A stretch of DNA of 64,000 bases from positions 77,314,001 to 77,378,000 of the forward strand of contig NC_042998.1 of the NCBI RefSeq assembly GCF_006345805.1. The letters run 5' to 3'. The notes under the pieces are model-generated. The model did not search any database. It worked only from the letters and a program-made list of their open reading frames with translations, and was not told the origin of the DNA. Positions 26,257 to 39,449 of the stretch are shown here, one piece after another. How positions within the stretch are numbered: position 1 is the stretch's first letter; each line of letters opens with the position of its first letter. This stretch comes from Octopus sinensis. Lineage: Eukaryota. The translations under genes were made by a program, and so were the position numbers.

Positions 26257-26835
26257 GCTTATTACCAATTTAACAGCCTAAAGCAAAATTATAGACGTCA
26301 CTAACATGACAGAGGGTACCAGCATTGCTCGAAATAAGAGTCAAAATAACTCAATAACCACGGATAGCACTATCTTAACGAATGATTTTTGAAATCAGTG
26401 TATGATTTCAAAGCATATTATATAAATAGACAATGTGAGTCGAGTTTAACTCTAGGCGCGGTAAAAGCCACCAATGAGAATTAAGATGCTCTAACATCAA
26501 AATTGAAAATCCCTGGTGGTCTGGTTATATCTGTTGTTATAGGGAGCTTGTCGCCCTTGTCAATCATTTAGATGGTGCTATCTGTGACTATTGATTTTTT
26601 AAAACTTTTATTTCTAGCAATGCTGGTACTACTTAGTACTCTCTTTTACGTTAGTAGCATCTATAATTTTGTCTTTAGATTGTTAAATTGCTAATAAGCC
26701 ACCCATACTATATGTAGTTTTCACTTTTACCGTTTTTGAAATCAGCGTATGAGTTTAACCAATGGATGTCTTATAAACTGGCGAGGTGAGTCGAGTTTAA
26801 CTCTAGATGCGGTAAGAGCCACCGATGGGAATTAA
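26257..26835. repeat. Element with ~130-bp inverted arms plus a ~100-bp direct repeat, one copy inside and one outside the arms
   Basis: 26257-26386 is the diverged reverse complement of 26563-26699. TTTTTGAAATCAGYGTATGA..GTGAGTCGAGTTTAACTCTAG..GCGGTAA.AGCCACC.ATG.GAATTAA occurs at ~26386-26483 and ~26733-26835. Confidence 0.8.
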
Positions 26836-29259
26836 CAATCTGAGACGGAACCATGAAGAAATGGTTGAAATCTTAAAAAGTACACGGATGCCTAATGCAC
26901 ATCCACTCAGAAACAGACATACACACTTGCATACAGTGATGCGGGTATAAACACAGCCACACATGTACGCACACGCACATACGCGCTCGCAGACTCTTCG
27001 TTTCATCTCATCTATTTCTCCTAAGCAAACACATATCTACATACACACATACAGGCATGCATATACACAGGTCATAAACCCAATTCTCGGATAGATACCA
27101 AGCAGAACTTGAAGAGTGGGGGGGGGCATGTCACTGGAAAGGTCGCGATTAACGACGAAAGGACTTTGACTAAGGAACAACCGATTGATTTTCAACCGGC
27201 ACATTAAACAAACGATCATTCAGTTATTTGCTTAGATATTTAACCAATCGACTTACAATAAAACAGTGATATTGGACCAGGGCTCGTGTTATTATTATTG
27301 GCGTAATAACCTTCCCAAGACAGAACAAACATTTTTTATCTTCATCAATATAAAATGTCGACTTCGTAATAAAAACTAGAGGAACTACGTAATTGTAACT
27401 GACAGAGAACAAAATTTATGTTAGAGTTTCAGCTTTTCGATATATTTGTTTAATTGTTTAAACTGAGACCCAATTATTGTCTGCAATTCCATTCTATTTT
27501 CTTATCAAATTTACAACCTACAAATTCATATTAAAACCTGAATTGAAGTTTCATTATATTTACATTACAATAGTCGACACTTTTACGACTTGATTTTACT
27601 ATCTTTAAGTAAAGTGATTACATACGCTCATATCAAGTTATGATTCCAGTTTATTTGAATCCATTTCAAGTTTACATTATACTAATTTATATTCTACATT
27701 ATACACGAATGTATTCAATTTCACATTCTATCTATAATTTGATAACAATTGTTTTATATAATATTTAATTATATGATTCTGTAGTCTCAGCCTGTAGGAA
27801 CTTTCTGTAATATTGTTTTAGCACATGTATCACTAATATGAGGCAAACATCTGAAGGATAATTTCATTTTATAATATATATTTTATAAACTGACAACCAT
27901 TTTTTAAGCACAAACAAGTTTTATAACACCACAGTTTAGATAACGTTTACAAGTATGTCTCAATCTATATGTGATCCATTGTTTTAAAAATGCTTGTTAC
28001 ATTAGAAATTCAAATGTCATATATTTATCGCTTTTCACACATAACAATTATAGGATGTAGTATGCATTTCTAATACAAACTTATATTGATTTAAAATTAT
28101 TCACATTGTCTTTACATTTCAGAGCATTCATTTTCATCAAAAAAGTTGATCACCTCTATAATGAATTTTTGCTAATATCATAAGATTCCTCTTTGTAACA
28201 GATTTAATTCTGGGCAAGCGGTCTTCACTCTCAAATAAATACACTTTCATGCATTTATCATGCATTCTTTAATTGCTTCAAGTACGTATGTAGTTTTGGA
28301 CCAACAAAGACTCCGTTTCATATCCGTTACCCTTGACCCAGCGAGACATACCTGATGCGATAGCCGAAGAAGGTAGGTATTTATTACAGCGAAGTATGCC
28401 AGAACATCGGGAAATGTATTGCCCTGGAATTTACATGCCACCTTAATATCCGAGACGAACATCCCAACAATGAGCCACGGATTGTTTTGAAACAATCCCG
28501 GAAAGTTTTAACAGTTAATTTCTTTTCAGTTAAAACATTACATGAAATATTTTTTGAAACACAAAGCTTAATTTTTAACTTAATGTACTGAAGGCAATTT
28601 TGAAATTCATAAATACATTAGCACCAAAATTATCTCTTCATATCCTCTTAGTCTCACACATCCACTAATATAAAGACTTTTCGTCGACAATGCTTATATA
28701 TGTACTTGCGTAGCTTCGAAACTACACAGTCCAATGCTCTTATTACCTATTCACAACCAAAAATATATTGTTAATCTGATGAAACTTAATTATTCTAGTT
28801 TATTCATCTTTTAGGTTTTAAAAATATCATTGAATAATATAGCTCACTGAATAGAAAGTTTTAAAAAAACACAAAACATCGTATGTTTTTAAGCCATCTG
28901 TAGTGTATTATATACATAAATTTTAATATAAAAGATATTTATATTAATATTACATGATGGATAATATTCAATAAATATATTGTTTTAAAATATAGATATT
29001 TCCTTACATCTAAGCATATTAATTTCACTTATAAAGATTATATGGTTTCAACCGCAGTCATAATTACACAGTTTTTGTATTAAGAATTGCCTGTTACTAC
29101 TTGATACTGGTTTTGTTTTGTGCCGAGTTAACCTTCACAATTTATCTGATAATAGCCACATCACTTCAGACCAGTTACTTATGAAGCCGTGATCGAGTGA
29201 ATCTATGTGTAGCGCATTTAGTGATTTGTTAGTAGTTGAACAATGAAGCATATACAAGA

Positions 29260-29690
29260 GCAATTTTTTACGTAAAGTTTCAAAATGAATGATCTCCATA
29301 ACTCCAGAACCGTTTTCATATCCCCCTTCATCTTCTTTCGCTTGGGGAACAGTGAAAACTTCACAGGGAGCAAGGTCTGGGCAATATAAGGAAGATGAGG
29401 CAAAATTTTGATCCCCATCGCTATCATGTCGTTGTTTACCTGGATGGAAATGCGGACTGGTATATTGCCCTGATGCAAGTACTCTGGCCTTTGATGACGA
29501 AATCTCTTCTTCAACTCCCTCAAAACTTCCACAATTTATTCTTTGTTGACCTTTTGCTCAGACGGAATCAAGTAAACATAGACGATGTACTTGCTATCGA
29601 AAGAGGAGATTATCCCGAACTTTCAGGTGGAATTGCCGTGCCTAGGCTTTTGGACCAGCGAAGACAGATAATCGACCCATATAAGTGAAT
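29260..29690 (-). mobile_element. Internal mariner transposase fragment
   Basis: EVLRELKKRFRHQRPE, GIKILPHLPY.QTLLP.KFSLFPK (YSPDLAP region). Upstream frames give QKVNKE. No TIRs seen. Confidence 0.7.
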
Positions 29691-29699
29691 TCAGAAGTT

Positions 29700-30100
29700 T
29701 CTATAGAGATTTTCACCCAAATTGACACAAGATTTAATTTACACCGAGCTACGAAATTGTCTTAATGATTAGCACCGACTTTTGTGATTGGAAACTATAT
29801 CAGTTCCCAACGTATATAACACTGCATAATGCCAGATATCCCTCGCTCTCCATGAAGAGCAAGCACGTAATACTGTAACAAATTTGGGTCCAAGTGTCCA
29901 CAACTTATCAACAAAGAATAGAGATGCATGTGTTTAAAGAACATTTAGAGAAATTGTTATCTGAGAAAAAAAAAGATGAACCCTTATTTCGACAAGAAAC
30001 GCAAATAAGGCCAATTATATCCAACTCACTGATTCACAAGTACCACATTCCAAAAGACGACCAAGAAATGAGTTGAAAATAAAGCTGCAATCATACTAAT
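29700..30100 (+). mobile_element. Old diverged 3' fragment of the same CR1/L2-type LINE group
   Basis: VFKEHLEKLLSE..DEPLFRQETQIRPIISNSLIH aligns with VFKSKLDIFLSRVPDEPTSRQEVQMRVAVSNSILH of the 37 kb copy. HCIMPDIP aligns with HCIVPKIP. Confidence 0.65.
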
Positions 30101-30400
30101 GACTGGAATCTGTACGAGTAAACATAAAATTTAAGTATATGCATAATACATATCTGTGTGCGCACGCGTGAGAATTGTGTTCGTGTGTGGACATATATTC
30201 ATAAATATTAAAATATATCAGGCGGTTTTAGATGTAAAATGCTACATATGGCAATATGTAAAAATACATGTTTTTCATGTTCTTATATTTATATAACTTT
30301 ATGAAACATAAATAACAAAACATAACATATTCTATAGATATTTGTAAATCCTGTAAAATTGTTGTTTGTAAATGAATGATATATGATATGCCATAAATCA

Positions 30401-30454
30401 TATCTCTCTATATCTATATCTATATCTATATCTATATCTATCTATATCTATCTC

Positions 30455-30539
<85 letters not shown>

Positions 30540-30568
30540 ATATCTATCTATCTATCTATCTATCAATC

Positions 30569-30599
<31 letters not shown>

Positions 30600-30617
30600 C
30601 TATCCTATCTATCTATA

Positions 30618-30684
<67 letters not shown>

Positions 30685-30801
30685 ATATCTATCTATCTAT
30701 ATATCTATCTATTTGTCTATCTATCTATCTATCTATCTATCTATATTTCTCTCTCTCTATATATATATATGTGTATATATATATATAATATATATGTATA
30801 T

Positions 30802-30863
<62 letters not shown>

Positions 30864-31077
30864 AATATTTCTATCAATATATGTACATATCTATATTTAT
30901 GTATCTGAATACGTGCATATATAATGTATATTCAGTTATATATGCATGTACATTTTGAATACCTTGGGAACATTTAAAGACATACACACACTTGCACACG
31001 TAGAGGCCTATTCTTCGATATACACATACATGCAGACGAACATACACACACATATAACTATATGTATATGTGTGTTC

Positions 31078-31147
<70 letters not shown>
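30401..31147. repeat. (ATCT)n and (AT)n microsatellite cluster
   Basis: Direct inspection; tracts at 30401-30863 and 31080-31147. Confidence 0.9.
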
Positions 31148-31151
<4 letters not shown>

Positions 31152-32074
31152 ACTTAACTAGATGCACATATGTATTTATGTTTTTCTAGTGGTGCTATTG
31201 GTTAGAATGAAAGGTTTGCTGAATTGATAATGCTAGAGCATCTTATACGATAGTTAGCCCGATATAAATATAGCTTTTAGGGATGCACATTTATTTCCCG
31301 CTAGTTAGAAAGGAAAAAGAAAAAATCTTACACGTCGATGTACCTAGTACCAAAAGAGCAATGCGTATATCGATCTTTTTGTTGAAGTGTTGTCTGTATA
31401 TAATCGCGGGGATCCTCATCAAGAAATGCATTAACATTTCTACGTGCATATTATTCTCCAACACTGATGGGTTTAATAAATTGAAAATAATAAACTATAA
31501 AAACTGGTCATGATAATCCATATCTATAGAAAATGCTTGAATTAGAGAGTTGCATTATTCATTGCACCATTAGTATATGGAATATCGGGTGATATATAAT
31601 TACAAAAAGCAAAATAACGAAGTGAAAGACGGTGAATGTATTAGGACGATTAGTTGGGGGTCGTTGTCACACAATTTTATGAACCTGAAAATATAAATAT
31701 GCATGCATACGTACATACATATGTATATGTGAGAGTGTGTGTGGATGTGTGTGTTCTTGTGTGTGTACGTGTGCATGCGTTCGTATGTATGTTTGTGTAT
31801 ATACATCATCATATCTATAAGTATGCATACATATGTATATATATATATGATAGTATAACTACATTAATAGGTTAAATACATACATAGAATATCTTGTATA
31901 CAGGAGCACATACTAAATAGTAGTTTTCATATTCATTGGGAATATCAATAGAATTGGGCAAAAACACTTAAGGAAGTGTTCTATCTCAAACGATTTCTTA
32001 TTGGCTTAAGTTATTTTAAGTTATTGCATAATATATCTTTATATCGATGCACAAATATACACTCATAATCTCCT

Positions 32075-32228
32075 ATGTATGTACGTATATATGTATGTAT
32101 GTATGTATGCATGTATGTATGTATGTATGTATGTATGTATGTATGTATGTATGTATGTATGTATGTATGTATGTATGTATGTATGCATCTATCTATCTAT
32201 CTATCTGTTTATCTATTTATCTGTCTGT

Positions 32229-32306
<78 letters not shown>

Positions 32307-32312
32307 ATATAT
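32075..32312. repeat. (ATGT)n/(ATCT)n/(GTCT)n/(CT)n/(AT)n compound microsatellite
   Basis: Direct inspection. Confidence 0.95.
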
Positions 32313-33475
32313 GCGTGTTTGATTATAGGTAACTATATTTACTCAGGAATTTATACGACTACATAGAAGTATTAGAGGATGGAGAGAGACACACACATAC
32401 ACACATGCGTGCACACATAGACACGCGCGCATATAGACACACGCATGATGATCACACACATTCACACACACACACATATTCATGCACACACACTCACACA
32501 TTCACGCACACACACACACACATGCAAACACAATTATGAAAAACCCTGAGGGAAATGATATTACACAAATGCTTTAACCACAATCTTTATATTTTTCATT
32601 CTGTATACATTTTGACAGATATTGAGAGTAACCTTAAACGTCTGATGTCAGATAATGCAATTTGGTATGGTATTTCGTTATACAATGCTAAAATATTATG
32701 TTATTTATTTACGAATTTTACAACGAAGCGTAATAAATTACATAACAAATATGACGCAGATGTTATGATAGAAAATATTTTCTACTATTGAGAACTTTAT
32801 ATGTCTCTGCTATCTTAGAGGTGAAAGAGAAACGCAAAGGAATTTTGTAGCTCAAAGTGTTGTCGGAATATAAACCACTAATTACAATTAATAACGTTGA
32901 AAATCATTGCATTAAGAAAGAGATTCATAATCATACCTGGTAACGAATATCAGTATAACTAGAAATAAACTGTGTTGTCAATGTTAGCGGTTTCACAGCG
33001 ATAACAGATGATTCAGTTTATCATACATGGATCGACAGAAAAGTAAAACGACTAGGTCATTTGTAATTTTTTTTACTCAGTGTCATCTATAAGACTTTGG
33101 TCTAGTCATGTGCAAAGATATATCCAAAGAGATGGAAACTAGTGTCATGAAATTCCCATTAGTGCTAGAAATTCTTAAAGAAACTTAGTATCAATTACAT
33201 GCGCACTGATTCTTGATAGGTCAGTGAAGAAGGGAGATAACATGGAGCAGAAGAAAAGTTACTCCAAAAATGTCGTTGACGTATTTGCAGGTTTACATTA
33301 TTGCAAATCAATAGAAAGATTACAGCATTTTCAAAACAGTTTAGATGCTTATATTAATTGGATATTTCAACGATTTTATTTACTATTATTCACTAACTAC
33401 AAATTTAATTTCAACACAATTCCTGTAGACCAAATGATATATGTACACACACACACACGCCATTATGTATGTAAA

Positions 33476-33523
<48 letters not shown>

Positions 33524-33782
33524 TTTTGTATATACACAAATTTGTAGTGTATATATATATGTATATATATACATATTTATATACACAAACGATTAAATTT
33601 GATTCGATAGTATTTGACGAACACGAATACATGGATATTTACTTTGATATATTAATAAGCAAATACAAATTATACAGTTACAACGTATTTATTATTATTT
33701 TTATTTTGTATCTATTTAAAAAAATTATTCATATTTTTATTACATATCATTATTTTCCCTTATAGATATATTAGTTTTTTTA

Positions 33783-34680
33783 TTATTAGGTTGTTTCGAA
33801 TATAATGGCCGATTTCAGAGCCATAATTTTCTTCTGGAAAAATTAACAATAGAAATGTTTTGATTAGTCAAAGTAAGAGTCGTGAACATCTATGCATCTC
33901 TGCCATCGGTCGACGAGATTATGTATGTCTCGTTGATAAAAACTTATTGGCTTTGATGCTAAGAAATCGTTGAAAGCTAATTCCACCTCTGGTTTGGACC
34001 TCTAAGTTTTATCAATTCAAACGTGTTTAAATGCTTTAAAAAATGGTAGTCAGTTGAGAAGACGGAGGATGTGTAAAATCTCGTATCTGCAACGTCATTC
34101 TTGCAACATGTGGCTTTGCGTTGTCGTGGAGGAGAATAGGGCCATGCCGATTCACCAATGCAGGTCTCATTTTGCTGAAAGTGAGCATGCATTTCAGCGA
34201 GTTGATTGCAGTAAACATCTGCTGTAATGCTCTGATTGGCTTCCAGAAAGCTGTAATGGACAACACCAATTGAAAACTACCAGACACTCACCATAATCTT
34301 TCGCTGATACAACTACGCCTTTGGGAAATGTTTGGTGGTCTCATCACAATGAAGCCATTGACCTAATCGTTTACTGTTATCATAAGGGATCCACTTTTCG
34401 TCGCAAGTGACTATTTGATCCAGAAAAGGATCGCTTTTCTGGATCAAGCACACTTCAAAACGCCGAACATATTGATTTTCGTTGAGCTCATGCGGTATCC
34501 ATTTATCGAGCTTTTACACCTCACCAGTTTTCTGCAGATTGCGTGAGGCAGTTGTGATACCGACACCAAGTGCCTGAGACATTTCTCTGACACTTTGACG
34601 TGCGAATACAGACACGAGAAAAGGTTCAGAGTTCATTCTTTTCTAGAGGGTATGGTCTGTACTTCCATGAAGGTATAGAC
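33783..34680 (-). mobile_element. 5'-truncated mariner transposon with one TIR
   Basis: TIR TATTAGGTTGTTTCGAATATAATGG at 33783. Minus-strand motifs WIPHELN, IVTCDEKWIPYDN, GPILLHDNAKPHVARMTLQ, TDYHFLKHL. Confidence 0.88.
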
Positions 34681-35680
34681 CCTTAGGTATAATCCCAGGC
34701 AGATAGAGGTAGTATTTCGACAGTATTTTGAATTATACGTTTATGTTGATTAAGTAGCTTGCTAGTATGTAAATAGTCTACGTAGATATATGGAGAAAAA
34801 CTGATATCAAAATATACTGAAGTGGATTGTGAGTGAGTAGATAAAACAGAGAGGAGAAAGAGAGAGAAAAATGAAAGGAATGAGAGCGAAAGTAAAGTAA
34901 AATCAAATATCAAAAATAAAAAATAAGAAATAAGAAAATAAAAAGAAAACAGAGATAAGACGCCAGTATTATTCTTAGTCAGTGTCGGTTTGTGGTGAGA
35001 GGTCAGGCGTAAAGGTTTTTCGGGAAGTGGAGGTGGAAGGTATTTATATCTATTAAATAGATGAAATCTAGGTTAGATGTGGACATTGGCCAAGAGGGAT
35101 AGCTAAAAATAAATGCCAAGCTTAACGGGATACATATAGGGTAAAATTACAATTAAATGCATAAAGGATACGAATTAAAGATTTAAAAATTAAAATTTAA
35201 AAGTTAAAAGCTGAGTTAAAAATTAAAATTTAAAATTAAAAGTTAAAATTGAAAAATCAAAAAATAACGAATTAAAACTGGCTAGCTTCTAAGATACTTA
35301 TGTTGGTAGAGAAGAAAAGGAATGGAAAAGCGTACGTATGTTGTAACGATCATGGATGCATATAGGTAAGTGTTATGTGTGTTGATTTTATTTGCATTTG
35401 GTCCTATGGAAGAATCTAAAGGTGCCAAAGAACTTATGATTACATGTAGAAAATGCTTCGTGTTGTTTATTGAGTAATTACAATGAATTATGAGTTAATA
35501 TTTGGAGGGCATCTTTCAGGCAGAGTACACATGTGAAGCAGTGGCTTTGGTATGAGACACCAGCATCTGTTATGTCCCAGGATGTTCTATAAGGTATTTT
35601 CCTATTTATCAGATACTGTGTGTGATTGGCTGAGTTTAGATGTGCATATTCTAAAACCTCATAGTCTTTATCGTCTTCTA

Positions 35681-35718
<38 letters not shown>

Positions 35719-35719
<1 letters not shown>

Positions 35720-36079
35720 TATGTGGTAAAGACCCCCTTAGGTCCTGGACGATCATGGGATTGCACATAGAAAGTCCCGGTCCGAGGTACAAAGTCCGGA
35801 CAAAGTTGTTTATAGAAGACCAGCAGTTGCCCATGCATGCAATCTCTGTTCTTCATGACGATGTCTCTCACCGATGTTATCGAAGGGAAAGGAAAAGGAA
35901 AATGTCTATACAGCTTGGCGCCAAGAAACGTTTCAGCTCATTTCCACAGCTGAGTGAATTGAAGTAACGTGAAATAAATTGTCTTGCTCAAAACACAATA
36001 TAGAGACCGGTCCAAGAATCGAACGTATTACCTTATGGTTGTGAGCCTGACGTTCTAACTACTGACAGCCGCCTTCACT
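35719..36079 (-). mobile_element. Full-length CORE-like tRNA-derived SINE (head + CORE-like domain + distinct tail)
   Basis: Minus-strand head with B box GTTCGATTCTT, then TGTGTTTTGAGCAAGACAATTTATTTCACGTTACTTCAATTCACTCAGCTGTGGAAATGAG (MIR CORE-like), then a ~200-nt tail ending at (TA)n. Homologous to the 48.4 and 60.3 kb copies. Confidence 0.75.
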
Positions 36080-36082
36080 ATA

Positions 36083-36133
<51 letters not shown>

Positions 36134-36159
36134 ATCTAATTATGTATCTACGCACACAC

Positions 36160-36265
<106 letters not shown>

Positions 36266-36803
36266 ACCATCCCACAAACACAGTCTAAAACGAATGTGCT
36301 AGGTTATGAAACGCTCTTGAAGCCTTGGTGGGCGGCTACTTATGATATCTCCGAGCCAATATCTAGTTGATATTTTTGATAGGACATTGCAATAACGAAG
36401 TCTTATTTCATTGACTTATAGTGATCAAAGTTGTTGATCAGTGGCAGGTGATTTGTATTTAAAGAGAATTAAAATGAATTTAGTTCAACAGGTGTAGAAT
36501 AATCTGTGATATTGTTGACTGGTACTGGAGGTTTTGTCGTGAAGATTATAGAATAAGCCGTCAGATAAAAACAACCGTCTTCCTCTGCATATATTTATTT
36601 ATACTGATAAAAATCTTTCTTAAATTTTCCCAAGGAAATGCGTAAAATATTGCTTAAATCCTTTTATCTTTAAGCAGTATGTCATCCTATTTCATTGGAA
36701 AAACTTTATTTCGATATATGAATAAATAACATGTTATCTCCATTATTTCGAATATTTCTTCTATCATTATTACCACTCAGTACGCTTCCCAAAACCTTTA
36801 TCA

Positions 36804-36806
<3 letters not shown>

Positions 36807-36864
<58 letters not shown>

Positions 36865-36897
36865 ACACACACACACACACATACACACACACACACA
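36807..36897. repeat. (CA)n microsatellite at the 3' end of the CR1-type LINE
   Basis: Direct inspection. Confidence 0.95.
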
Positions 36898-37615
36898 TTT
36901 TTTTTCTAGTTTCAGCTCAGAGCTGCGACCATGCTGATGCACCGCCGTTTTGTGCTACACTGTTATTGCAACGAACCTCGTCTAATATGTGGCACTTGGT
37001 GAAGAATGGAGTTTGATACAGCTACTCTCATTTGCACCTCTTGCCGTGAGGTAGGTTCATCTGGGACTCTTGACAGGAAGATGTCCAGCTTTGATTTAAA
37101 AACCGCTACATCTACGTTGTGCAAGTTCCTCAGACTCTTTGGGAGAATATTAAAAAGCTGTGGGCCCTTGAAACCCAGGCTGTTGCAGAAGCTGGTCCTG
37201 AAGCGTGATGGCATTGCTGGGATTTTTGGCACTATGCAGTGTCGTCCCGTTCTAGCATTGGTGTAGCTTTCAATGCCAAAATTTGGCACAATTCCTTCCA
37301 GGATCTTCCAGACATATATTACTGCATACCTCTCCCGTCTTCTCTCCAGGGAGTAGAGTCTTAGCTGTTTCAACCTTTCCCAGTAGCTGAGCTGTTGCAA
37401 AGAGACGATCTTCTTTGTGAATCTTCTCTGGATTGCTTCAAGGTCCGCTGTTAATTTTACACTGGTGGGTGACCATAGCTGTGAGCAGTAATCCAGGCGA
37501 CTGAGGACGAATGTTCGCCAGAGGACCATCATGGTTTCCTTATCTCTGGTTCTGAATGTTCTTAGGATCCACCCAGCCAGTCGTCTGCACTTTGTCGCCA
37601 TCCTGGTAATGTATA
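36897..37615 (-). mobile_element. 5'-truncated CR1/L2/Jockey-group LINE 3' end (212-aa open RT C-terminal region plus short 3'UTR)
   Basis: GWILRTFRTRD..MMVLWRTFVLSRLDYCSQLWSP..LEAIQRRFTK..LSYWERLKQLRLYSLERRRER..FKSKLDIFLSRVPDEP. The 3'UTR ends in an A-run followed by (TG)n. Confidence 0.9.
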
Positions 37616-37623
37616 TATCCTGG

Positions 37624-37699
<76 letters not shown>

Positions 37700-37703
<4 letters not shown>

Positions 37704-38460
37704 GAAAGTTGGTTTGTGAAAGCACGTGGGTGAATATATAAAAAATAGTAAAGAGTGAAAAAACGACAGAAGGCTTAAATGTTAAAAAATATATATATTT
37801 GCGTCAATATGTCTGAAGAATATTAGAAAATTTTTAAACAAATTTTTTTTCTTTTATAATGACATAATTTTTAAAGAAAGACCGGTTTGGCATTTAGCTT
37901 TTCAAATTTCTTGTGACGTTATGTTTATGTTTAATAGAGTTATCCTTGTGTTTAAGCTCCGGAGAGTTCTAAATAAGGGAAGGTAGTGGGTGATTTCTTC
38001 CGGTGTAAGGGAGATAATCGCTTAAAAATGTTTTTCCTTTCCCTTAATGTGAATTTCTCTGTATCAGTATGTTCGGATGGTTGAGTCTGGGCTTGTACTT
38101 TTCAATGAAGAATGTTTCCTTGTTTAGTCTAATTTGTGTTGATGATCCGAAAGCACATTGGTAAAATGGAAAGATTAAAATTGTGGTAGTAGTTGCTTTG
38201 CGCATTTCTCAATGTGCTCACTAAAAGGTATCATTCTATATTCTGGGAATGCAATCTGTTGTCGATGCAGTGTGCATCTACGTCTGAGTGATAGTCCCGT
38301 GGAACCCACGTAGTCTTGGTGGCAGCCCGAGCATTTTATGACATAAATTATGTTTTCAGAGGCACAAGTAAAGTTAGATTTGATCTTGAATTTCTGTCCC
38401 TCTTTAAAGAGGAATTCTGATCCTTCTAGCAGGTTAGGACATGTTGCACAGATGCGCAAG
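37700..38460 (-). mobile_element. Penelope-like element 3' part: GIY-YIG endonuclease plus pseudo-LTR
   Basis: CATCPNL..FTCASENIIYVIKCSGCHQDYVGST..LRRRCTLHRQQI..FSEHIEKC, then in a shifted frame RLNKETFFIEKYKPRLN. A decayed hammerhead motif lies downstream. Confidence 0.88.
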
Positions 38461-38819
38461 CGTATTGTGTGTCTGTGTGTCTGTCTGTGTCTCTGAGGAA
38501 ATAGTGTTTATGTGTATAGTGTATGTTTGTAGGTGATTGTTATCTTTGTCTATGCTTCTGGCGTGTGTTTATGTGCGCTGTAAGTATGTGTATATATTGT
38601 CTATGTTCAGGTGTCATGCGATTGTGTGGGTGTGTGCATGATGGTGTGTGATGTGTTTACTGAGTTAAGTAATGAGTAATGTCTTGAACAGTGTGTATGT
38701 GTGCTTGTATGGCGGTGTGTGTGCTGAGGGTTCCGGGTTATGTGGTATGTAGGTGTGTAGGAGAGGGGGAAGTTGACTGTGGGAGGTGTGTGGCGATCCG
38801 TGTGGGGTCGGTGTCAGAT

Positions 38820-39400
38820 ATAGAGAGGTAATGCATTGAGCCCATACAGTCCAAAAAAGGAAGAGAGAAGATTAATTCTTGTTTACGGTGAAAGCGGGAG
38901 TTTGGGTGGCTTCTGTGCAGAGACATTCCGAACATAGGTAGATGTTATAATGAATGACCAGTAGAGCAAAAGTGGCGTGAAACCGCGGTGTCATTGCCGA
39001 GTCTGATGTCTCGGAGGCACTCCGCCAACCTGTCAGCCAAGCGGTATACCGTTTGAGAAATGTACAGGGAAGGATAGGGAGAGCAGGAGATGGATTAAAT
39101 AACTAAATGTGCATGTAAAGAAGTCGGTGATGTAACAGAGATGGTGATGGGTGCCAGTGAGCTTGGTGGTGTTGGAGAGTTAGTGTTAGATGCGATAGCG
39201 TGGGCGGGAGCAGGAGAAAGACCCCGGGTGGGAGGCATGGGTAGGGAGGAAACTGTGCACCATGAGGTCACGCATGTTATGGGCTCGTTAAGTAACTCAT
39301 TTTGCACTTCTGTAAAACACATAATGGTCCTTCAAGTTATCTTTGTTTATATATAGCTATACATAGGAAAGCATTTGCGCATATGTGAAAATACAATACA
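38820..39400 (-). mobile_element. Degenerate GIY-YIG endonuclease region of a second Penelope-like family
   Basis: Across frames: RAHNMRDLMVHS, PGSFSCSRPR, ITDFFTCT, YRLADRLAECLRDIRLGNDTAVSRHFCSTGHS, SRFHRKQELIFSL. Confidence 0.75.
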
Positions 39401-39449
39401 CAGTATTAAGTTCATAAGCAGTTGAGAATAGATGTTGTGGCGTTTCGAG

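Noticed and set aside
28296-28372. Possible 79-nt exon ending GAAG|GTAGGT
   Set aside because: The acceptor lacks a polypyrimidine tract and the peptide is unrecognisable.
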